DNA of 32,849 nucleotides from the sequence record DRR378314_1877, one strand, 5' to 3'. Positions 24,735 through 32,849 of this stretch are shown piece after piece. A program made the position numbers and the translations under genes. Positions within the stretch are counted from its first letter, which is position 1; each line of letters begins with the position of its first letter. A model generated the notes under the pieces. It was not told the origin of the DNA. It was given only the letters and a program-made list of their open reading frames with translations, and did not search any database.

Positions 24735-27700
24735 ATGAATATGAAAAAAAGCAGCTTGAAATTTTTGACTTTCCTTTTGTTCAGCATGGTTTCTGGAATC
24801 ATGTTGGCACAACAAGGTGTAACGGGAGTCGTCAGCAGTGATGATGGCGAATTGCTCCCTGGGGTGTCCGTGGTAGTAAAGGGAACTACCACTGGTGTTA
24901 CCTCTGATTTTGATGGTATTTACAGTATTACTGTTCCCAACAGTAGTGCTGTTTTGGTGTTCTCCTATTTAGGAATGGAAACGAAAGAAGTGGCGGTTGG
25001 TAATCAAACCACCCTTAACGTAACTATGGCAACCTCCTCCGAGCAATTGGACGAAGTTGTAGTAACCGCTCTGGGTATATCTCGTGAAAAGAAATCCTTG
25101 GGATATTCTGTAAGTGAGGTAGGAGGTGACGCTTTAGATAACGTTCCTCAAGAGAACGTTTTAAACGCTCTTTCGGGTAAGGTATCCGGGGTGAATATCA
25201 ATTCTACTGGTGGTGCAGGTTCTACTGTAAACATTAATGTGAGGGGCGCAGCTTCGCTGTCCAGTGACAACCAACCATTATTTGTAATCGATGGTTCTCC
25301 TGTAATTAATACAGCGAACAACATTACAGAAATAGGTAGGGATAACAAAGTGGATTACGGTAATGCCATTTCTGATATCAATGCAGACGATATTGCCAGT
25401 GTTACAGTTCTAAAAGGTGCCAGTGCAGCAGCACTTTATGGCTCTAGGGCAGGTAACGGGGTTATATTAATTACAACCAAGTCTGGAAAATCTAAAAAAG
25501 GATTGGGAGTAACTATTAATACCAGTACTGTTTTTGATATTCCTAGTCGTTTCTTAGATACCCATACTAGGTTTGCAACAGGTTCCAGACCTTATACCGA
25601 AGATAATTTCCCGGCGAATTCTTATGGTGCCATAATCATTGGTGAAACTGCTTCAGCATGGGCAGGTCCTGAACTGGACAAAGGCATCATGGCAATCCAA
25701 TGGCCATATAGCGCAGAGGAAATAGCTAGTGGTGTTCCTGTTCCAAGGGAATTGAAGTCGTACAACAATCCAAAGAATTTCTTTCAAACGGCCGTTACAA
25801 CAACCAATAATATTTCTATCCAGGACAATACGGAAAAAATTAATTATAGGTTGTCCTATTCGGATCTACAGAACAAGGGAAACATCCCTAATACGGATTT
25901 ACACAAACATAGTATCAGTTTAAATTCATCATTGAAGTTAAACGAAAAATTTACGGTTAGTACTAGTCTTAACTACACAAAAACTGGTGCGGACAACAGA
26001 CCTGTTGGTAACCGCGGGGCCAACGCAATGCAGGCAGTTTACGAATTGAACCCACATATTGATGTGCGTCAAATGAAGGATTATTGGTTACCAGGTTACG
26101 AAGGCATCTTCCAAAATTCACCTTATAATTTTGGGGACGATCCAACAGAAACCGAATGGAACAACCCTTATTTCTTAGCTTACGAGAACAACAATGGTTT
26201 TGAAAGAAACAGGTTTTATGGTAATGTTAAAGGAGAGTATAAAATCACCGATGATCTAACAGGGATGGTTCGTTACAACATGGATGAAATTAACGAAGTA
26301 CGAGAAACCAAATTGTCTAAAGGATATACTGGAGACATGAATGGGGCCTATGGTATCAACAAAATTTTCACAAATGAAACAAATGTCGATTTCTTATTAA
26401 CTTATGCCAAAAGACTGGAAGGATGGGATTTCTCAATATCTGGAGGAGGCAACAAAAGGGTTTTAAAAGGAAACAATTTGTTAAATTCTACCATAAATAG
26501 AGGATCTGGACTTTTAACTCCAGGATTGTTCACTTTATCCAATATTGCCAACGACAATTTAATTTACTCTTACAACAGTTACGAAAAACAAGTAAATAGT
26601 TTGTATGGAATGGCTAGTATTGGTATTAAAGATATGTTCTATGTAGACGTTACAGGAAGAAATGATTGGTCCAGCACCTTGCCAGACAATAACAATTCCT
26701 ATTTTTACCCTTCCGTATCCACTAGTTTATTGGTTAATAGGCTTCTTGGTTTTGGCAACGGGGTATCCTTATTAAAACTTCGTGCCGGTTATGCCGAAGT
26801 AGGTAACGATACAGGGGCATACAACCTACAACCTACTTTAAATGGTGGTACCTCATGGGGATCAGGATCTTTGTTATCCGTGCCCTCTACGCTACTTAAC
26901 CCTGATTTAAAACCAGAAAGTATATCCTCTTGGGAAGGAGGAGCTGATTTGGCCTTCTTTAACAATAGGTTAAGTATGGATTTTACATATTACACCGCCG
27001 ATAACGAAAACCAAATTTTTGGAATTGCGCTACCTATCTCCTCAGGATATAGCTCTAAAAACACCAATGCTGGTCTATTGAGAAGTACAGGTATAGAAGC
27101 TGGTTTAAATGCTAACATCATAAACTCCAATGATTGGCGTTGGGATATGGGCTTCGTGTTTAACAGAAACCGAACCAAGGTAATTGAATTGGCTGAAGGT
27201 ATGAATTCCATTACCTTTTGGACCGATGCCCGTGGTGGTGCCATAACCTGGGTTGGTGAAGAAATAGGAAATATTTTTGATGCTGCCCTAGTGCGTGTTG
27301 AAGATCCTAACTCGCCTTATTTTGGATGGCCTATTATTGATGATTCCGGTTTTGAGAATAGCGACAGAACTAGAGAAGACGCGGACGGAAACAGGGTTGC
27401 TCCAATTATTGGCAACTTTAACCCCGATTTCACTTTAGGGATGACCACTTCCGCTTCTTATAAGAACTGGAGCATCTCCATGAATTTTGACTGGAGAAAA
27501 GGTGGACAGTTTGTTTCACAAACCCACAGATACGGAGAATCTGATTTACATACCCAACGATGGATTGATAAATTGCATAATTTTAATGACATTTCCGATA
27601 TTCCTGCGTACTTAAGGGAAAATGCGGACCAATTCTTATCTGAAGATGGTGAATTTTATGTATTGGTTGGTGGGCCTACAGCAGCAGATGGTGGTCTTCC

Positions 27701-28154
27701 TTATACCGAAGGTGGAATTACATTGAACGATGGTGTATTTATGCCAGGGGTTCAAGGAGATTATGACGATAACGGCAACTTCATAGCTACAGCCGAAAAC
27801 TTAGGAGGTCCTGGAACTGTAGTTACAAGATACCAAGATCACTACGGATGGGACTTTACCAGAAATGCAACTTTTGATTCCGATTTCGTAAAATTAAGAG
27901 AAATTTCACTTACTTATTCCGTGCCAAGCAAACATATAAAACAAGTAGGACTTCAAAATCTAAATATATCTTTATTTAGCCGAAATATTATCCTATGGAC
28001 CAAGGCCGATATAGGAATCGACCCTGAGATGGCTTTCCAGCACGAATCAAGTACACAAGGAGGAAGTGGTATCCAATTTAAGCAAGGTATAGAGCGCTTT
28101 AATATAAATCCATTTACTATTCCAATAGGTTTCAAACTTAACGTAAGTTTCTAA
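24735..28154 (+). CDS. susC: SusC/RagA family TonB-dependent outer-membrane transporter
   Basis: Signal peptide, N-terminal extension (PGVSVVVKGTTTG), LDEVVVTALG, plug motifs PLFVIDG and VLKGASAAALYGSRAGNGVILITTK, RNDWSSTLP, LKPE and a C-terminal Phe. Confidence 0.96.
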   Translation: MNMKKSSLKFLTFLLFSMVSGIMLAQQGVTGVVSSDDGELLPGVSVVVKGTTTGVTSDFDGIYSITVPNSSAVLVFSYLGMETKEVAVGNQTTLNVTMATSSEQLDEVVVTALGISREKKSLGYSVSEVGGDALDNVPQENVLNALSGKVSGVNINSTGGAGSTVNINVRGAASLSSDNQPLFVIDGSPVINTANNITEIGRDNKVDYGNAISDINADDIASVTVLKGASAAALYGSRAGNGVILITTKSGKSKKGLGVTINTSTVFDIPSRFLDTHTRFATGSRPYTEDNFPANSYGAIIIGETASAWAGPELDKGIMAIQWPYSAEEIASGVPVPRELKSYNNPKNFFQTAVTTTNNISIQDNTEKINYRLSYSDLQNKGNIPNTDLHKHSISLNSSLKLNEKFTVSTSLNYTKTGADNRPVGNRGANAMQAVYELNPHIDVRQMKDYWLPGYEGIFQNSPYNFGDDPTETEWNNPYFLAYENNNGFERNRFYGNVKGEYKITDDLTGMVRYNMDEINEVRETKLSKGYTGDMNGAYGINKIFTNETNVDFLLTYAKRLEGWDFSISGGGNKRVLKGNNLLNSTINRGSGLLTPGLFTLSNIANDNLIYSYNSYEKQVNSLYGMASIGIKDMFYVDVTGRNDWSSTLPDNNNSYFYPSVSTSLLVNRLLGFGNGVSLLKLRAGYAEVGNDTGAYNLQPTLNGGTSWGSGSLLSVPSTLLNPDLKPESISSWEGGADLAFFNNRLSMDFTYYTADNENQIFGIALPISSGYSSKNTNAGLLRSTGIEAGLNANIINSNDWRWDMGFVFNRNRTKVIELAEGMNSITFWTDARGGAITWVGEEIGNIFDAALVRVEDPNSPYFGWPIIDDSGFENSDRTREDADGNRVAPIIGNFNPDFTLGMTTSASYKNWSISMNFDWRKGGQFVSQTHRYGESDLHTQRWIDKLHNFNDISDIPAYLRENADQFLSEDGEFYVLVGGPTAADGGLPYTEGGITLNDGVFMPGVQGDYDDNGNFIATAENLGGPGTVVTRYQDHYGWDFTRNATFDSDFVKLREISLTYSVPSKHIKQVGLQNLNISLFSRNIILWTKADIGIDPEMAFQHESSTQGGSGIQFKQGIERFNINPFTIPIGFKLNVSF

Positions 28155-28184
28155 TTAGGCACTTTAAACAAAAAACAAAAAATC

Positions 28185-29879
28185 ATGAGTAAAATAAATA
28201 AGATATTTAAACTATTTCTCGTAGTTTGTCTACTGTCCGCTACTTCGTGCGACAATGAGCTTACAGAAATTAACCAAAACCCCAACGGGGTAGATCCGAG
28301 CCAAGGCAATCCAAGTTTTTTATTAACACAAGTGATGGTGAATACCGCTTTGGACGTAGGCAGTAAAGGCTATAGTGGAGAATTATCTGCCTTTGTGCAA
28401 TACACCCAAAAAGATTCTTGGGGCAACAACAATTACGATTGGGATGGCAGTGGATGGAACACCTACTACGGAAACTTGCGTAGTGCTAAATTAGCACTGC
28501 AACGGTCTCAAGAATTAGGTTATACCTTACATGAAGCCATTGCCCAAATATTAATGGCGCAGAACTTTGTTACTTTGGCAGATTACTATGGAGACGTTCC
28601 TTATTCAAACGCTGTACAAGCTGACGAAGATGTTATTTTGCCAACTTACGATTCCCAAGAAGCTGTATATAAGGGGGCTATTGCTGATTTTGTAGCTGCT
28701 GCTGCTTCAATATCCAACAATATGGGCAACTTGGAAGCCTTTGGTGCCAGCCAAGATATTTTCTTTGGAGGCGATGCCGAAAAATGGATGAAATACGCCA
28801 ACTCCTTGGCCCTACGTTATTACATGCGATTGTCTGAGAAAGACCCATCTTATGCACAAGCAGGGGTAACGGCCACATTGGCGAAACCTTTGATCAGCAG
28901 TGTGGATGAGGAGTGTGCCTTGGCCTATATAGGTACATCTGATGGAACTGCACAACCTAGCAACAGTTCAACAGGAGGAGCATCTGCCTTCAATCGTGTT
29001 AAGCCTTGTACTACTTTTACCGATAGATTAAGGGAACTTAATGACCCAAGAGCCAATATTTGGTTTGCACCTGTTGCAATTCCAATTAAAGTTGTGGCTG
29101 CAGCAGACGTTCCTGGTGGAGAAGATGATGTGGTTGTAGATGGAGTACGTTATATCAATGAAGAAACTCTTGCAGATAATGGTCTAAAGATATATGACAA
29201 AAATACCTGGAAAGCCGATCGTTTGGCTGGATTAAGTTTGGTAGATACTAGTAGCACCTATGTGGGTCTCCCAGTATCGTATCAAGGATCGGAGCCATAC
29301 ACCTATAACTTGAACCCTAACCCGGTACAAGGTGGAGGCAATGTACATGTTTCATTAATGAACGATCAGTTTAAAGAAGCTAGTGGAGATTTCTTAAAAG
29401 CTAGGGTTCTGTCTTATGCGGAAGTTTGTTTCTTAAAAGCAGAAGCTGCCCTAAAAGGTTGGGGTACAGATGCAGAAGGAAACTATAACAAAGGAGTACA
29501 AGCATCTTTGGATACATGGGGAATTGGCGATGAATATGCAGATTATATAGATAATGCCGAGGTTGCCTTTGATGGTACACTAGCCCAGATCATGGAACAA
29601 AAATGGATAGCCAACTTTGCTACCGCTTCTGAGGCATATTTGGATTGGAGACGTACTGGACTTCCTGATCTACAGACTGGACCTTTTGCCCTATCGTCAG
29701 TAATCCCAGTTCGTTTTCAATATCCTGATGAAGAAAGAAATATTAATGAAGCTAATTACAATGCAGCATTATCTTCATTGGAAACAACCAGCCACACCAA
29801 CGATGTGCCCGGAAAATACGAAAATGACACACCATGGTCCAAACCTTGGATATTACAGGGGGTTACAAAGCCTTGGTAA
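28185..29879 (+). CDS. susD: SusD/RagB family nutrient-binding lipoprotein
   Basis: Lipobox SATSC. Motifs YGDVPYS, PTYDSQE, W..YANSLALR, DPR, YAEVCFLKAEA, QKWIA and EAYLDWRRTG. Lies directly after susC. Confidence 0.94.
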   Translation: MSKINKIFKLFLVVCLLSATSCDNELTEINQNPNGVDPSQGNPSFLLTQVMVNTALDVGSKGYSGELSAFVQYTQKDSWGNNNYDWDGSGWNTYYGNLRSAKLALQRSQELGYTLHEAIAQILMAQNFVTLADYYGDVPYSNAVQADEDVILPTYDSQEAVYKGAIADFVAAAASISNNMGNLEAFGASQDIFFGGDAEKWMKYANSLALRYYMRLSEKDPSYAQAGVTATLAKPLISSVDEECALAYIGTSDGTAQPSNSSTGGASAFNRVKPCTTFTDRLRELNDPRANIWFAPVAIPIKVVAAADVPGGEDDVVVDGVRYINEETLADNGLKIYDKNTWKADRLAGLSLVDTSSTYVGLPVSYQGSEPYTYNLNPNPVQGGGNVHVSLMNDQFKEASGDFLKARVLSYAEVCFLKAEAALKGWGTDAEGNYNKGVQASLDTWGIGDEYADYIDNAEVAFDGTLAQIMEQKWIANFATASEAYLDWRRTGLPDLQTGPFALSSVIPVRFQYPDEERNINEANYNAALSSLETTSHTNDVPGKYENDTPWSKPWILQGVTKPW

Positions 29880-29922
29880 ATAAAGATTGAGTTTCATTTA
29901 TTGAGTTTTGAGTTAGTTTTAG

Positions 29923-29950
29923 AATGCCCCGGGAAATCGGGGCATTTTTT
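29923..29950 (+). terminator. Rho-independent terminator after susD
   Basis: AATGCCCCG (29923-29931), loop GGAAAT, CGGGGCATT (29938-29946), followed by a T run. Confidence 0.88.
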
Positions 29951-30150
29951 ATTCCTACCAATCCAGAACAAAAAAAATGTTCCAAATCCCTCTTTGTCCT
30001 CCCAAAATTATAATTGCATATGGACAAGAGAGGTAAACCTTTGGATTAAAAATAGTATCTAAGGTATGTTTGATAAATTCTTAATTGTTAATCAACAAAA
30101 AGCCGGTACTATCTTACTCGACACCGCCCAATTCGGAAGAATTTGGAACA

Positions 30151-30357
30151 CTAAACAGTACAACTATCGCCTTCCTTTTTTACCCCCAATTTGAATAAAA
30201 TCTTTTCCATAAGGCACCATTGTGTAAATGCAGATTGAAAAAGATTAACACCTACAAAAACGGTAAACCACAACCAGTTTATGTTTACGTATACGGCCAA
30301 TACAACACTAATAACTACAAAAGCCCCGGCAATTGCCCGGATATACCTGTTGATCAT
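30151..30357 (-). CDS. DUF2892 (YgaP-like) small membrane protein
   Basis: Motif R..R..AG, two TM helices, then FVGVNLFQSAFTQWC and a C-terminal Cys. Confidence 0.85.
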   Translation of the reverse strand: MINRYIRAIAGAFVVISVVLAVYVNINWLWFTVFVGVNLFQSAFTQWCLMEKILFKLGVKKEGDSCTV

Positions 30358-30378
30358 AATATTATTTTTTAAAGGTTA

Positions 30379-30684
30379 CTAAATATATTTTTCTATGGGA
30401 ACCACGGCAGCCCTTATGGGATTGTTGGTTTCCAAATTATTGTTGAATTCAGAAATAAGTTGAAAAAGGATATCAATATTCTCTTCTGTGGTAAAGGAAA
30501 AAAACATGGCAGATTCTACACCTCCTTTTTCACTAGGGAACCAATTTGAAGCCATGAGCACTTGGGCTGGATTTTTATATCCATCTATATCGGAGCCACT
30601 AAAGCTTTCAATATTTGCTTTTTTAAAGAGTTTTAGAGTTTCCTTGGCGAACTCCTCCACAACGGTTACTATGAGTAGTTTCAT
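30379..30684 (-). CDS. Conserved hypothetical protein, PII/GlnB-like fold suspected
   Basis: 101 aa starting MKLLIV with a beta-alpha-beta pattern, a G followed by a loop and a C-terminal VVPIE. PII size and layout, but no canonical PII signature. Confidence 0.55.
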   Translation of the reverse strand: MKLLIVTVVEEFAKETLKLFKKANIESFSGSDIDGYKNPAQVLMASNWFPSEKGGVESAMFFSFTTEENIDILFQLISEFNNNLETNNPIRAAVVPIEKYI

Positions 30685-30754
30685 TATTATTTATTTTTAG
30701 TTTCAATTCTATTGCCAAAATGATTTCTTGAGGCCTTACCTTCTTTGGGCTATA

Positions 30755-30868
30755 CCGGGCTCTCTTCGACTAAGCTTAGAGACCGGTCCATAAAATTTGG
30801 ATAAATAGCCATTTCCCACATAGATTAAATCAATTTCCTAGAGCGCTCCCTTCGACTCCGCTCAGGGA
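30755..30868. repeat. Two REP-like hairpins
   Basis: TCTCT-TCGACTAAGCTT-AGAGA (30761-30782, flanked by CCGG...CCGG) and TCCCT-TCGACTCCGCTC-AGGGA (30847-30868). Confidence 0.65.
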
Positions 30869-30898
30869 TCTGTAGAACTATCTCATTTAAACTAGCAA

Positions 30899-32849
30899 TT
30901 ACTTATAGTTCTTCCTTTCTATCATATAATACACCAAAGGCACCACTAACAAGGTAAGTACGGTAGAGACTATTGTACCTCCCATCAAAGAAATGGCCAG
31001 CCCTTGGAAAATTGGATCGAATAGGATTACAAACGCTCCAATAACCACGGTTCCCGCTGTTAATAGAATAGGGGTAGTCCTTACGGCACCGGCTTCAATT
31101 ACGGCCAGTTTTAAAGGAATACCTTCCGCCAATCGCAGATTAATAAAATCGATCAATAACACCGAGTTCCTAACCATAATTCCCGCTAGCGCAATCATTC
31201 CAATAAAGGAAGTTGCCGTAAAAAATGCATCCAACAACCAATGCCCCAATACAATCCCGATTAAGGAAAGTGGTATGGCCACCATCATCACTACTGGGGC
31301 CTTAAAATTTTGGAACCAGCCCACGATCAATATATAGATGATGAAAATTACCCCTAGGAAGGCCAATCCCAGATCCCGGAATACCTCCAAGGTTATCTGC
31401 CATTCCCCATCCCATTTTACGGTGTAATTATCCTCAAAATCGGGTTGCTTTATGTACAGCTCATCAATGGAATATCCCTTTGGCAAATTCATTGCCTTCA
31501 ACTTATCGGTCATTCCCAAAATGGCATACACTGGACTTTCCAAATCCCCGGCCATATCGGCCAGTACATAGACCACCCGCTTTTGGTTTTTTCTATAAAT
31601 ACTCTTGGCCCTTGTGGTCTGCTCTATAGCTACCAAATCTGCTATAGGGACCATATTTCCTTGCTGTGATTTCACCTTCAATTGGGCAATATCCTGAATA
31701 GTTGATTTTTCCTTTTCTTCCAAGGCCAATATCAAACCTATTTGAATGGAAGCATTTTCATCGTATAGATTGGTCACCGCCCTTTCCGACAGGGCCATAT
31801 TCATGGTATGGGCAATTTGTTGTGGTGCCACACCATAGAGCATTGCCTTTTCCTTGTCTATTATAAACTGATATTCCACTTGGTCTGCTTCTACCATCCA
31901 ATCCACATCCACCACATCCGGGGTGTTTTTCAAAATCTGCTGTACCTGATCTGCAATATCCATTTGTGTGTCATAATCAGGGCCATATATTTCCCCAACA
32001 ATAGTAGATAACACAGGAGGTCCAGGTGGTACCTCAACAATCTTAACATTGGCATTATACTTGTTCCCGATACGTTGTATCTCCGGACGTAATAAACTGG
32101 CTATCTCATGACTTTGGGCAGATCGGTCGCCCTTATCCAATAAATTTACCTGAATATCGGCCATATTACTTCCTCCCCTCATATCATAATGACGTACAAG
32201 TCCGTTGAATGTTATTGGTGCGGAAGTACCCACATAACTCTGGTAGTTTACCACCTCTGGACGGGTGTTCAAATATTGGGCAATCTCCTTTGCCACTACT
32301 CCCGTACGTTCCAAAGTAGTCCCTTCGGGCATGTCTATGACCACCTGAAATTCGTTCTTATTGTCGAACGGCAACATTTTTACCGCCACCGATTTGGTAA
32401 AGAACATCCCTATAGAACCCAATAGCAACAGAAAGGTAATTCCCAAAAACAACCATCGTTTCTTTTTGTTTTCGATCAAAGGGTTTTCAAACTTATGGTA
32501 CATTCTATATATAAAGGTTTCCTCCAAAGGTTTCTCTACCTTTTCCTCTCCTTTTTTATCCTTCTCCCTAAGAAATATATACCCCAAATATGGTGTTATC
32601 GTCAAGGCAACAAAAAGGGACAACAACATGGCAATTGAAGCTCCAATAGGCATCGGTGACATATAAGGTCCCATAAGACCGGAGACAAAAGCCATTGGCA
32701 ATACAGAAGCAATTACTGTAAAAGTGGCCAATATGGTTGGGTTGCCCACTTCATTAATGGCATACAGTGCAGCCTGTTTAAACGGCAGGCGTTTCATTTT
32801 AAAATGCCGGTGCATGTTTTCCGCAATAATAATGGAGTCGTCCACCACA
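30899..32849 (-). CDS. RND efflux transporter permease (AcrB/AcrD/AcrF family); 5' part lies outside the window
   Basis: TM4 VDDSIIIAEN, GPYMSPMP, AIPLSLIG, IGMIALAGIMVRNSVLLIDF and RTTPILLT. The frame is open at the window edge. Confidence 0.93.
   Translation of the reverse strand, partial: VVDDSIIIAENMHRHFKMKRLPFKQAALYAINEVGNPTILATFTVIASVLPMAFVSGLMGPYMSPMPIGASIAMLLSLFVALTITPYLGYIFLREKDKKGEEKVEKPLEETFIYRMYHKFENPLIENKKKRWLFLGITFLLLLGSIGMFFTKSVAVKMLPFDNKNEFQVVIDMPEGTTLERTGVVAKEIAQYLNTRPEVVNYQSYVGTSAPITFNGLVRHYDMRGGSNMADIQVNLLDKGDRSAQSHEIASLLRPEIQRIGNKYNANVKIVEVPPGPPVLSTIVGEIYGPDYDTQMDIADQVQQILKNTPDVVDVDWMVEADQVEYQFIIDKEKAMLYGVAPQQIAHTMNMALSERAVTNLYDENASIQIGLILALEEKEKSTIQDIAQLKVKSQQGNMVPIADLVAIEQTTRAKSIYRKNQKRVVYVLADMAGDLESPVYAILGMTDKLKAMNLPKGYSIDELYIKQPDFEDNYTVKWDGEWQITLEVFRDLGLAFLGVIFIIYILIVGWFQNFKAPVVMMVAIPLSLIGIVLGHWLLDAFFTATSFIGMIALAGIMVRNSVLLIDFINLRLAEGIPLKLAVIEAGAVRTTPILLTAGTVVIGAFVILFDPIFQGLAISLMGGTIVSTVLTLLVVPLVYYMIERKNYK

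Noticed and set aside
30899-32849. Truncated RND pseudogene
   Set aside because: The frame is open to the window edge, so the truncation is a windowing artefact.
1-32849. CRISPR array, prophage, IS element or defence system
   Set aside because: No regularly spaced repeats and no integrase, transposase, phage or nuclease genes were recognised. Long ORFs account for nearly all of the sequence.

Overview
AT-rich Bacteroidota DNA, most consistent with a marine Flavobacteriaceae chromosome (SusC/SusD pair, TAnnTTTG promoters, Flavobacteriaceae-type palindromic repeats). No rRNA, tRNA, CRISPR array or transposase was seen. Left to right: (1) a four-gene minus-strand operon encoding a PQQ-type sugar dehydrogenase-cytochrome c fusion, a COG3964-type amidohydrolase, a SelA/DgaE-like PLP enzyme and a Rid protein, all with apparent export signals; (2) a CBM9-like lipoprotein and a luciferase-like monooxygenase; (3) a planctomycete-type DUF1549/DUF1553 cytochrome + DUF1501 + beta-propeller + DUF2231-cytochrome-LRR module; (4) an atypical PUL, in which a minus-strand operon (SSS transporter, two small membrane proteins, cytoplasmic CsxA-like GH2, BNR lipoprotein, BtrR/RifK-like aminotransferase, GDPD, Gfo/Idh/MocA oxidoreductase, HAD phosphatase) is divergent from a lone susC-susD pair; (5) the 3' part of an RND efflux locus with a PII-like protein and a DUF2892 protein. 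The best candidates for an undescribed system are two apparent non-canonical amino-sugar catabolic routes: a cytoplasmic transamination route in the PUL and a periplasmic oxidative deamination route at the left end. All family assignments come from motif recognition by eye, without database searches.
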